Under the pieces are notes generated by a model. The model searched no databases. It was not told the origin of the DNA and saw nothing but the letters and a program-made list of their open reading frames with translations. Below are positions 50,740-62,200 of a stretch of DNA of 64,000 nucleotides, one piece after another. The number at the start of each line of letters is the position of its first letter. Positions within the stretch are counted from its first letter, which is position 1. The translations under genes were made by a program, and so were the position numbers. The DNA comes from Hamiltosporidium tvaerminnensis FI-OER-3-3 (lineage: Eukaryota > Fungi > Microsporidia): NCBI GenBank assembly GCA_022605425.2, contig CM061246.1, positions 1,798,001-1,862,000 on the forward strand. The letters are read 5' to 3'.

Positions 50740-53700
50740 GATCGGTCTCTCCTTGCCGGAGACAGAATTGGTCTAGAGTATTCCTTGCTTTTCGTAAGTA
50801 AGAACTAGAAGAACTAGTTTTCCGAACTTGAGCGTAAGGCTAACAAGCCACTCTTTAAAGCCAACATGTTACGAAACCCAAAAACTTAATTAAACTCAGA
50901 CGGAAATTCAAAAAATAGTTAGCGTAGTCAAATCAAAACCAAAATTCTACTTGCAACATGAAATAAGCGTTCCCTACATAGGCTCGAGGCCCCGGAGTGT
51001 CTGTCTGATGTGATATCTCAACGTAATATCGTCATTGTAGGCCCACAAGAACTGGAATCGACAGGAAAAAGAAATTGTAATAAGAAGAGCATTTCACTCT
51101 ACTATAGCTGTCACGAAAAACACCACCTACTGGGGACTGAATTCATGGTTTGAAACAAAATAAAACCGCTTGTAATTGATTTTCAGAGCTACAAACCCAG
51201 GCAATCCAGAATCAAAATAAAAGAAAAAAATTGAAATATATTATCCTTAATGCATATGCTCTCGCAGAAGATTCAACAAGGGAGAGAAAGAGGGCTTTTA
51301 TGCTCTGTTAGGGAAAGTATATGAAGATTGTCCTAGAAAATACATTCGATTTCTGTTAGGAGACATGGACGCAAAAATAGAAAAGATTATGTCTGTAGCA
51401 GTATTAGAAATTATACTTTACATAAGGAGCATTCCGAAAATGGATTCCGACTACTTAATTTTGCAATAAGAGGAAATTTGATTTGGGGAACAGTTTTTGA
51501 TCGTGGAACATACACAAGGGTACTTCAACGACCCCGGACTAAGATATGTTCTACCCGATAGATCATACACACATTACCAAACGTCACAACACCATCTTAC
51601 AATATATTAGAGTACAATGCAGTGCGAATATCGATAGGGATTATTTCCTCCTTGTTGCACAACTAAGAGCAATAATCTCACACACCAGAAATCAAAATGA
51701 ACTAGTTCTGTTGGATATAACACCTGTATGTTAAAATATGAGAAAGGGAAGAAAATATATGAGTCAAAAACCAACGAAATAGTTAGAGAACCGAGTAAAG
51801 AAGTTATAGATGACGTTGGAACATGCTTAAACATAATATAGTAGCAGCAGGCCGTGTATCCATTTGATTTAAGCGAAGTATTAAAAGAAATGAAGGGTTT
51901 GATGAGGAATTTGCAAGCATAACCAAGACTAAGAATGAGGCCTACAACTTTCGAAACAAAAAAATGGTCTAGCGTAGATACTGAAATATATATATATTGA
52001 GCAATGAGGAAAAGAGATACACTTGAGATGAGAAGAAAAGGTTCATGATGACGCAAATAGATCTCATTCAGAAATATAAACCAAACATCTAGCAGAGAAA
52101 TGTTTAGAAAAGTAAATAGTGCCAAGAAAGCTTTCATTCCGTGAACAAACAGCTGTGCAAGTAAAACTGGTGAGCCTAAAGAGGCATTCAAGGTTTATAA
52201 TATATGGTCAGATCATTTTTGCGAACTACTGGATGAATGCGGAAATCAAGCAGACACAGACAAATGTTTGACGAATTAGAAGATACTGGTAGCCATGAAG
52301 ACACAGTGCCTTCTTATGAAGAAGTACATAAAGCCGTGGAAAAACCGAAAAATATTAAAGCCTCAAAACAGACTGAATTCATATGAACAGTTTAAAAACG
52401 CTAGTAGAAATTACATTAATGAGCTGACGCATTTACTTAGAGAGAGATGATAAGAAGAGAAAATTTCTAAAGAATGGGGTACAAGTCTCGTCTTTTTGAT
52501 TTACAAAAAAAGGTACACAAGAATCGTGAAAATTACCGAGTAATATCTCTTCCGAACACAACCTAAAAAGTTCTGTCTAGCGTTATTTTTACACGACTGT
52601 TATCTTGTGTAGAGAACATCATTGGCGCATACCAATGCAGGTTCGGTAGATAGATCGACATCGGACCTGATTTATGCACTCAAAAAAATTTTGGAAAAAA
52701 AATTGGAATATAAGATAAGTTTTATCCACCTTTTTATAGACCGCAAGCAGCCTATGATAAATTCAATAGAAAAATGCTTTACAGAGCCATGAAAGAATTT
52801 ATGTATTCCTCATAAATTGATATGATAGACTAAAATGACAATTTCTGGATCAAGTTGCAGAATCAGAGTACATTCTACTCTGTCAGAACCGTTAGAACAT
52901 TTAATTGTCTAGAGCAGCGACCTCACTGAGTTGGCTACTTTATAATTAGGCTTTTGAGAAAGAGTCCGTGATTCTGGCCTACAGATCAAAGTCTTGAATT
53001 TAACAAGCAAATTTGAATCCTAGCCTACGCTGAGGGTATTGATCTTATTGCAAGATCAGAAGCTATTCAGCAAAGAGCGTTCATAGCCTTGGAATTTGCA
53101 GCCAAGAAGATGCACCTGATTATAAACATTCGCAAGACCAATAAATGACATTAAGTAATATCCGAAGACTCCCTCAATTCAAGTTCAGAGATTATATCTT
53201 TAAACAGTAGAAGATTTTGTCTATTTAGGATCCTGAATAGATCTAAACAACAGCAGCTCGCACGAATTTTAAAGTAGAATTCAGGCGGCGAACAAGTGCT
53301 ATTATTGTCCCTTCAAGCACTTTAAGTCAAAGCTCATCACTAGAAAGGCAAAATTCATGCTCTACAAAACGCTGCTGCATATTATTCTCATGTATGGATC
53401 AGAATCTTGGGTGGTGAAGAAGATTGATGAGCAAAAAAAAGAGGTGTAAGAAAGAAAAGTACTGAGACATATTCATGAACTTAAATAAGAAAATGGCAGA
53501 TTAGGGAAACGAAACAACAGGGAACACTACACCGAATTAAGGTATATGCCAATACTAGACTTGGTCTGCCTGAACAGACTTCGCTGAGTAAGAAACCTGC
53601 TAAGAATGAGAACATCGCATACCTTCTTAAGTTTCGAACCTTATACCAGTCGGAAAAGGAAAGTGGGAAGGCCGAAAACTGGCTGGATTGATCAAATCAA

Positions 53701-53823
53701 AAGACGGAACGATTTCTGGGAGTAGAAGACTGCTGGAATATTGCGCTAAAAAAAGACTGGTGTGCTACATTACTGAAGGAGGCCAAGGCTCGTGAAAGTT
53801 GTAGCGCTGAGGATAAATAAATA
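50740..53823 (+). mobile_element. Decayed full-length RTE-clade LINE (APE + RT)
   Basis: APE: IVGPQE, LLGDMDAK, NGFRLLNFA, IDH..., SANIDRDY. RT: PSYEEV, NYRVISL, AYQC.F, AYAEGIDLIA, FVYLGS, RIQAANKCY, YGSESW, GRPK..W.D. RTE-like 5'UTR motif GCGTAAGGCTAACAA...TGTTACGAAAC. 3' end GGCCAAGGCTC..TGTAGCGC followed by (ATAA)n. Confidence 0.92.
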
Positions 53824-54361
53824 TAAAGTATGGAGTGATAACGGAGATAGTATAGATAGAGATAGTAATAGATTAGAGGTTTTTAGTGATAGAACTGGAT
53901 TAGAGGGTGTTAGTGACAGTAATAGATTAGAGGTTGTTAGTAACAGTATAGATAATTATAAGAGTGTTAATATTAATACTAATACTTTACACCCTGTTAT
54001 TACCAATACTTCACACCCTGTTAATACTAATAGTACTAATTTTACTCTTTGGAATAGCTTTGTCTTTGGTGACTGTAAATTATCTGAAATCTTTAAATAT
54101 TTTAGAAGGGTGTGGAATGCAGATATAAGTATGGTAACAATAAGAGATACTGTTGTGTTTTGTACGTTTTATGATAATTAGAGGTTTAAAAATAATTTAG
54201 AAAAATTTATAAGTGAATTGTGTTGTAAGAAAGAAGGTGATGGTATTATTTACTGTGGTATAGATTGTTTGTTTGATATTGATGGTTATAACTTTCCTGA
54301 GGTTTTTGTTGATTTTAGGAGAGAGAGAAGGGGGGTATTAGGATTATATGAGAGTTATTAG
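53820..54361 (+). pseudogene. UBA1: 3' fragment of ubiquitin-activating enzyme E1 (C-terminal ubiquitin-fold domain) with one internal TAG
   Basis: FTLWNSF..D.KLSE...YF....ISMV.....+FCTFY * RFKNNLEKFISEL...FPEV matches the Uba1 UFD pattern (WTLWDRF..TL..F..YF...ITML..LYSFF..RL...+E+..VPY); reading frame continues past the stop at 54179-54181 to 54361. Confidence 0.75.
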
Positions 54362-54544
54362 TGATAGTGAGACCATATAGGAAGTTAATAAGAAAGTTTA
54401 ATGAATAGATTATGAGATGGGATATGTGTTAGTAAAGAGCGTAAATTCTTTGGTTCTTCCTTTCTTTTTTTTAATTTATATCTCAGAGTTTATTATTTCT
54501 TTATTTATCTTTTTTTTTTGATTTTTAGTTATTTTTAGAACTTT

Positions 54545-54833
54545 GATATGTGTTTTATTGTTTTCATGACATTAGGAAATTCTATGTTTAATATAGATGA
54601 TTGCTTATACGACTGTAGGGAGGATAATTACATAAAAAACTACTAACTTTTTCGTATGAAAAAAACCACACAATTTTGCAGTTCATCTTTTCCTCATACA
54701 AATTTTATGAAATGGTCAAAGATTAGCCTGTTTATCATTCGTATCAAAAATCCAAACAATAATTTCCTTATAACCCATACATAAAAGTTACCAAGCAGAT
54801 GCTTTTATTTATATGTGATTATCCAACATCCAC
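54545..54833 (+). repeat. Family A copy 5 (diverged, internally deleted)
   Basis: Left end TTGTTTTCATGACATTA..TTCTA.GTTTAA joined to right part TTACATAAAAAAC..AAAAATCCAAACAAT..CCAAGCAGA..TTATCC..TCCAC. Confidence 0.75.
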
Positions 54834-55274
54834 CTTTAAATAAATTATTTTTTTTAAAAGAATGAAAACATTGATTTCCTACAAAAAGATAAAGTGTCAA
54901 TATATTAGAAATTCCAAACGAAGAACATATTTATTACGAATAGTAAATTGTTTATTTTATGAATAAGAAAAATTTGCTTTTGGTTACAGACCGTTTAATT
55001 TCCGCCCTTAAAATTTCATGAGACACACCTTAAATAGGGTAACAAAGCTCCAATTCACATATAGACTGTCTGTCATACATATTGAAAAGAAGTAGCTAAT
55101 AAGAAATTTTAATAAATTTTATTAGAAAACTGATTATATCCATACATCTGTTTTTTCTACAGATTAAATCTAAATATTGACTAAAAATGAAAAATACCGT
55201 AAAATTTTAATTTAAATTCTTAAAACCTATAATTTACATATAATTTTAAAAGGCACAAATTTATTTAAATATTT

Positions 55275-57608
55275 TCAAAGCTCTAAACTGTCCCTTATAA
55301 CAATATATTTCGTTTTAAATTTCTCTTTTATATATTTAATAGTTTCTTCTGGTAGATTATCCGCTTGTTCATTATATTCCAGTTCAATGTAATTCTCATT
55401 AAAAAAATACATACGTATCCAAGCGTAATCCTTTCCCTGTATACCATAGCTCCATAATTTGATAAATTCAATCTTCTTTAAATTCGCAATAAATATTAAA
55501 TCTTTTTCTGATATATTTATTTCATCTAAATACATTCTACTTATTTTATATTCTTGTTTAGCGCAAAACAATTCCGAAAAACTAATATTTCGAAATTTAC
55601 TTTTATATATGAAAAATACTTTTAGAATTAATAAATTACTAAGTACTTTTACATTTGAATTATCAATAAATAAATTTGAAATACTTAGTTCCTTTATCCT
55701 GCTCAGATTATAGTTTTGAAACAAAAAATTTACTGGAATTGAAGATAATTTCAAATTTGCTTTATCTTCATTTGTAGCTATAAAATCAAATTGTTGTTTA
55801 TTTGTTAGAAGTTTTAATAAATCAATCATACTATCAATACCGCAAATATCTAACTCTGTAATATAAAAAATTTGATCTACAAAACGGTTTAACTTTATAG
55901 TGTTTATTTTATCAAAGTATATTTCTTGAAGACCTATCATCATATCTATCAACTTGAAAAAACTACAAAAACTACCACTGATGTTATCGGAAAAAAATCC
56001 AAAATATTTTATAGATTCATTTAAAAAAATTTCATTTTCAATATATATATTTGAATTATTTATTTCTAATCTTTCTAGCCCTTTTATATTTAAAATATCC
56101 TTTAGAAAATCAGATTTTATTTTCGAATATGAAAATTTAATACACTTTATATTCTCTTCTAAAATAGTATTTTCAGTAGTAAAAAACCGTTTATCATTTA
56201 AGCCTTTAAAAGTAATTGAAATATTATTAAAACCCCCTTTATACTCATAAAAACATTTGACATCCAAATTCTTATTTTCGAATTGAGAATATTGATTAAT
56301 TTTAAATTTACCTTTAAAGTTATTTTCATTAAGTAACTTTAAATAAAAATCTTTATTTTCTTCTGGTATATAATTGATTTCATTGATAGATTCTTTAAGT
56401 TGATATTGTTGGGATTTATACTTCAGACTTTGTATTATAATATCTGCTATATTAAGATCCTCTGCTTCGAATTCAGGAACTGTATATCTTTTATAAGAAT
56501 GTTTTTCATAAAATATAAATTCCTCAATATTACTTAAATGCTCTGTAAATATGAAAATTTTATCAAATTCAGATTCAATAAAAACCATCTTTTTTAAATT
56601 TACCAAACTTAAATTTGCATTTAGAGAACAAATGACATCATCAGATATATTACACTTAAAGAATACAATCTCATCAACCATCTTTTTTAAATTTTCTAAA
56701 ATAAAACAAAAACTCTTTGAATTCTCTCTGTTAAAATACCTTATATGCAAATATTTTATATCTAATGTATTTAGAAACATTAAAAATAAACTTTGACTTT
56801 TATGATTCACAACCACTTTTTTGTCAAAAAATGTATTAAATTCGTCATCAATTACTAAAGTATGTTTTTTATCTTCTGTAAATATCCCTTTATATTGATC
56901 AGAAATATCATATTCATGTTCTTTTATAAAAAACGAAAATTTTAAATCTTTTCCGTTATTCAGTAGTTTTAAATATTCTTGTGATATTTTTTTTAATAAA
57001 GCATGTGAGAAATAGTCTTGCTTTGAAAAATGAAACGATACTTTTTCAATGTTAAAATTATTCATTACATTGGATTCCATTAAAGAACACCAAATATTTT
57101 TTACCGCATTCCGCAATTTATTATCACATTTAACTCTAAAATATTCTAAAAAGTACAATATTGTGTAAAACTTCTCATTTGTCATTTCATGTACCGGAAA
57201 ATAATATGAAATTATAAACTCATAGAATATTAAAAAATCAGATTTCTTTATATGATGACAGATATATATTTCTATATTATTGTTCATATTGTCAAACTTT
57301 TCAAACGTATCAAACTTAAGACCAATTCTCTCAATAAATTCTATACAGTACTGTTCATATTGCCTATTTGAATCTCTGACAAACATTCTTTCTAAACAGT
57401 TTTTTTCGTCAGTTTCATTAGTCTCATCTCTTTTGATTTGACATAGACATTCGAGTTCGAGTTCATTATTAATTGAATCCATGTACAGCTGTTCATTTTT
57501 ATTTACAACATTAAATATAATATTTCTTTCACTCGAATGATCGATAAACACAAAAATAAGTGGTTTGTATAATAACGTTATCAGATGGAAGCACAGATTA
57601 AATTTCAT
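55275..57608 (-). CDS. Secreted BTB-like + LRR-like family protein, 777 aa
   Basis: Intact long ORF; hydrophobic N-terminus; repeated Lxx(L/I)x(L/I) (LERLEI, LQEIYF, ITELDI, IKELSI, LKVFFI, ISRMYL); paralog at 28561-30142. Confidence 0.85.
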   Translation of the reverse strand: MKFNLCFHLITLLYKPLIFVFIDHSSERNIIFNVVNKNEQLYMDSINNELELECLCQIKRDETNETDEKNCLERMFVRDSNRQYEQYCIEFIERIGLKFDTFEKFDNMNNNIEIYICHHIKKSDFLIFYEFIISYYFPVHEMTNEKFYTILYFLEYFRVKCDNKLRNAVKNIWCSLMESNVMNNFNIEKVSFHFSKQDYFSHALLKKISQEYLKLLNNGKDLKFSFFIKEHEYDISDQYKGIFTEDKKHTLVIDDEFNTFFDKKVVVNHKSQSLFLMFLNTLDIKYLHIRYFNRENSKSFCFILENLKKMVDEIVFFKCNISDDVICSLNANLSLVNLKKMVFIESEFDKIFIFTEHLSNIEEFIFYEKHSYKRYTVPEFEAEDLNIADIIIQSLKYKSQQYQLKESINEINYIPEENKDFYLKLLNENNFKGKFKINQYSQFENKNLDVKCFYEYKGGFNNISITFKGLNDKRFFTTENTILEENIKCIKFSYSKIKSDFLKDILNIKGLERLEINNSNIYIENEIFLNESIKYFGFFSDNISGSFCSFFKLIDMMIGLQEIYFDKINTIKLNRFVDQIFYITELDICGIDSMIDLLKLLTNKQQFDFIATNEDKANLKLSSIPVNFLFQNYNLSRIKELSISNLFIDNSNVKVLSNLLILKVFFIYKSKFRNISFSELFCAKQEYKISRMYLDEINISEKDLIFIANLKKIEFIKLWSYGIQGKDYAWIRMYFFNENYIELEYNEQADNLPEETIKYIKEKFKTKYIVIRDSLEL

Positions 57609-58399
57609 AAATTTTAGAAAAAAAATACGTATTTATAGTTTTAAAATCAATTTACTATTTTAGTTTTTAGTTAAAAAAATTTTGATTTTTTTCAAAAAAC
57701 GTCAAAAATGATTTGTCCTATAAATCTCAATTAATCAAAATTTTATAAAATGTTTTAGAAGTTTGTAAATTAAAAGGAGTAAGTATGAACAATTGTTGTA
57801 TTTCTAAACGTCAAATTTTATTGAATAAAAATACTATTTTTAGAATTTAAATGAACGAATATTTTTTTCGACGTTGACCCTTTTTTGTAGTTTAAAGAAT
57901 TAATAATTGACTGTTACTTAGATTTCAGTTAAGTTTTAGATTACTAATTAAACAAAAATTAAGTTCTTTTATTTTTTGCAGAATTTCACTTAATAAAAAA
58001 TACTCAATTTGATTATTTTTAAAATCACAATGATATTTCTTAAAATGACAGTTTTCTTTTGTTTTGATTTTGTATCCAATGGCAAATAATGGTATAAAAA
58101 ATGTAAAGAAAGTTGATAAAATGTAATAGTATAGATTGTATGTTCTCGAAACGTAAATTTAACAAATGAATAAAATAAGTCTTTGCGAAATATACCAAAT
58201 ATATTTTTAAACAAAATTTTAATATTTTTTTTAATGACCTAGTTTTACTAAGAATTTTCTACTTTGTTTATATATTAAAAGTATTTTTTCATGTTTACTC
58301 ACACTTATAAATTTTAAAATTTATATTTGTTTAATTACATTTCTTGAGCTAATTTCAATTCAGAAATTATTATGTTATTAGGACATGTTTTCGAGAAGT

Positions 58400-58950
58400 A
58401 AAATTCGAGACTTTAAACAGAATTTTAAATGCTTTTGTTAGCGTTTCGAAGATCATAGTTGAGCGAGAACTAAAATACGATTATTAAATTACACAGAAAA
58501 CCCAAATAAACAGGGATAAGAATGTCAACGAAGAACCATTAAAAAGATTCGCTATTAAACTTATTATATATAATATAGCCTTGTAAAACTAAGAAGTATT
58601 AATAGACTTGTTCGTATATTCAGAATACTATCTTTTCTTAAAAAACACTTTATTCATTAATTCAAGTCTCGGTACGTATAGACAGCTAAAATGTTCTAGA
58701 TATTTGTATTACAGTGATTTTTTTAAAAAACAATTGTTTATTTTGTGGGAAATATTAGATGGATAATAACCAAAGAGCAAAAATCGCCCGAAATAAAACC
58801 AATTAAAGATTATTTTTAAAGAAAGCATAAAGAAGAGTTAGGAATTTTAAAATATTATGATGACTTACTTTTATATTGGCAGGTATAATTCACCACAAAA
58901 GATGCTTATGATTTAGAAATATTTTAAAGACGACTAGAAAGAACGAAGAA
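58400..58950 (+). mobile_element. Second decayed Tc1/IS630-like transposase remnant
   Basis: VSVSK.IVERELK...IT.K (HTH-like) near 58435 and MDNN at 58760, in the expected order. Confidence 0.35.
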
Positions 58951-59019
58951 CGTACCTTTTCTTTATAATTAGTTTTTTAACAACTGCTAGATAGTTTAAT
59001 TTTCTTAAAAAAACTAACA

Positions 59020-59940
59020 TAGTTTTCTACAGGTAGCATATTCTATATTTTTTTTATATTGACACAGTTTTGAAGTTTACTCATGACTGTACTTTAACAA
59101 AATATCATTATTCCATAAATAACATAAATTATAAACCTTTTAATCTAAAAATCTGTAAAATTAAATAAAAAAACAGGGAAAGTGCCTAAAGTTTGTTAAT
59201 TTTTGTTGCTTTAGTGTTTTCTAGGACCAAATCAAACCTGGGTTCTCCCGAGATTTTAAATCTCTCTTATCACTCTAATAAAAAGGAATCAAATAAATTT
59301 TTAGCTAAAATATATCTTGGAAGTTTTTATAAGTTTACCAGACGCTGCAAGATCATATCAAAGGGTATAACCTGATACGTGGCTTCACATGTTATCATCA
59401 ACATTCACCCTTGCACGAGCCTTGGCCGTCCTTCTGTAATACCGCTCATTGGTTTTCTCTTGGTGTTTTTTCTACCTTTTCAGGTTTAGTATCAGTGTAG
59501 TTTTAAAAGTTGAGTTGTAAATCTTAAGCCAAAACCGGGGGACCGGTCCTTTTTAGTCGCCTCTTACACAAGCAGTGTATACTCTAAGCCAATTCTTTCT
59601 CGCCATGGTGGGGGAAACTAGCTTTACATGCTTTATAAATTATATACTTTTCTGGGTTTCTTTGTCTCACTTTCTCCTAATCTAAAGGAGGAAGGCTAGG
59701 TCTCTATGCTTATACAATTTAATTATCATAAAGTTCAATGGTTTTTTTATTTAATTTTTATAAAAAAAATACAAACTATGCTTTTAGAAAAAAGTTTTAG
59801 CATTTTGTAGACTTTCTCCTCTTCATAGTTTTTTTATAAACTACCGAATATTAAGTGTAATTATCATTCTAAAAGAAATCTTTAGATATCATTTTTGCAT
59901 GTTTCAAATACAAATTTCATCAGATTGTTTTTAAAAGTGT
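59020..59940 (+). repeat. Family A copy 6 (strongly diverged), interrupted by the RTE-derived element
   Basis: CCAAATC..CCTGGG.TCTCCC.AGA (~59227), AATAAA.TT.TAGCTAA, GGTATAACCTG left of the insert; AAGGCTAGGT.TC.ATGCTT, ATAAAAAA, TAGAAAAAAGTTT right of it. Confidence 0.7.
59392..59617 (-). mobile_element. Bipartite non-autonomous RTE-derived SINE-like element (5'UTR + 3' end, ORF absent)
   Basis: Minus strand GAGAAAGAATTGGCTTAGAGTA..GTAAGAGGCGACTAAAAAGG..TGATACTAAACC aligns to RTE 50760-50880. TTACAGAAGGACGGCCAAGGCTCGTG aligns to RTE 53770-53794. Tail TGATGATAA. TSD GCTT(C/T)ACATG at 59382-59391 and 59621-59630. Confidence 0.8.
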
Positions 59941-60939
59941 TTTTTTCGAAACAATCTTAAAAATAATATAAATATTTTTCTAAAATAGTAAGAAGAAGCT
60001 AAATATTTGTGTATAGCTTACACGAAATTACTATAAAAACCCAGAATTAAGGGTTTTTTGCTGTTTTCTTGTAAAAAAAGGAATATCTTTGCGAATGATT
60101 TTTTTATTTATTCTATTTCTTTTAACACTTGCTCAATTGGTCTTAAGCTAGGTGGTGTTTATTTTATTCTTATATTTGATTAAAAATGAATGGTAACCCA
60201 TAGCATCAGAATAAACGTTTTTTTGCATGATTTAACAAGAAAACGACACTAAAGACTGGTTTTCTATAAATTCTTATATTGACTTGCAAGTACTCGATTC
60301 GACTAGTATTTAACCTTATGATAAATAAAATGCATTCTCTCCTGCTTGGCTTCATATTTCTGGTTTTCAGATCTAAAGTCTGGGGTTTTGATTAATATGC
60401 TAGGCTGTTCGTGCTTATCAAAAAAATAACATAGCATTATGGGTTAGTTATTTTTTAAACAGATTTTTATCATTATCTGCAATAGAAATTATTGTACAAT
60501 ATTAAATTATCAAAAAAAAGTTTTGTGGCTTTGAGTCTTAGGAGATATAAAGATCACTTCTTAATGAACTTTACGTTGTGTTAGTTGCTCTTCAACTGCT
60601 AAATAAACGCTCCTTTATTTTTTTTAGTTAAAATCTAGTAGTGTACCTTACTGTGATCTCGTTTTATTTTTATATTAGGTTTTTTCTTTCTTTATGAAAG
60701 GAATACAATCCACGGGGAATTAGAGCTTTGTTAAGGGTAGGCGTCTCAGAGACATGTCTTCTTTTGATTGGCAAGGCTTCGGCAAAACATAAACTTTCTT
60801 TTAAAAGATTAAGAGCGTATTACCATGAAAAAAACCTGCATTTCATAAACAAATTTTGATATTCTCTCTAGCTAATGCGTTGTATTTTCTTATTTCCCTA
60901 ATTTAACTTAATATTCGTACCGACAAAACAAAATAGATA

Positions 60940-62200
60940 ATGAATACAGAAAGAAAAAACAGAATTGGAGTAATTTTTGCTTTATGTAGTAATATCAATT
61001 TTTGTCTGAGGAAACTACATATCTCGCGAATCAATAGTATCAAATGCTTCTTTTAAACTAATCATTCTCTGAATCTCGGAATAGTCTGTAGATTTTAGGA
61101 ACGAAATTTCAAGTTTAAAAACGAGGACGTAAATTCCAACAATTTATTATAGAAATTAAGAGCTGGACAAGATGTAAGATACATAAAATTTTTATGTAAC
61201 AATATTTTTTGGGAAACATGGTAAACTAATTAAAGAACTAGAATTATTAAAATCTTATCAAAGAAGAAATCTTGGGAAAATTGCCTTGAAGGTTTCAATA
61301 CATTTTAAATGATTTGTTTATCTCCAAACACAGTAGCAAGAAGAGTTTAGACATTACATTCGAAATAAATCAGAACCTGGAATAGTTTTATTTGGCTCTG
61401 GATGTGCTAAATGATATTTCAAATATTACTGAAAATTTATTTTATTCGAAAATTTTATTGACAAATAGAAGGTTTGTAAAGAACCATTAGATGTTTTTAG
61501 TATTCAAAGCACGGCCAATAGACAAGATATTTTTGATCAAGTCGAAAAATCATAGAAGGTGATATTCAAATTATATTATAACTAAATAAGAAAAGATATA
61601 ATGCGAGGAAATATGTTTTTGTTACTCTTATATTTTCAATCAGGAGATTAAGGTAATTCAAAATCATTTATAATACCTTATTATTTCTCAAAAATCGTTA
61701 TATGGAGTATACTTGAAACTGTCACGGCTTATATACCAGTCATTTAACCTTCAACTATATAGAATTGCACGTACTTAAAACTCGTCAATTATGTGAGTAA
61801 ATTTAGGAAATTTCCGAAGATGATTTACAACAGACTGGTTCAGTTCGCTAACTTGCCGTACAAACATTTATATGAAGTTTTAAAGTTATTGCAATCATTA
61901 AATTTTTTTTTGAAATGAATCAGCTTCTTTCTGATTCATAAAGCAATAAATGAGTATGGAAGTTGTTTTTTTGTACGGATTTAACTGAATTATTGATGCA
62001 TTATAATTTTAAATCTCAAAGAAATAAAAAAAAGACAGAACCCGGATTTTGAATCATATTTAAAAATTCTATCAAAATAGTCTTCTTTACGCGAAGGCTC
62101 GAACAAATTTCTTATTCATTTGAATAGGTGCGCAATATTTAGTGAAAAAAATGAAGCTGTTTATAAGACCTGTAATAAAAACTTTAGATACTTTGAAAAT
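60940..62200 (+). mobile_element. Decayed hAT (Charlie/SPIN/GTF2IRD2-like) transposase
   Basis: LSPNTVARRV (61318), FYLALD..DIS (~FSLALDESTDI), EPL..T...DIF, MRG, H.LI.Q (~HCxxH), KLVNY, VR*L (~VRWL, 61843) and TDL..L..N..Q, in hAT order. Confidence 0.7.

Noticed and set aside
51607-52191. 194-aa hydrophobic minus-strand ORF
   Set aside because: Lies antisense inside the decayed RTE LINE; T-rich shadow frame.
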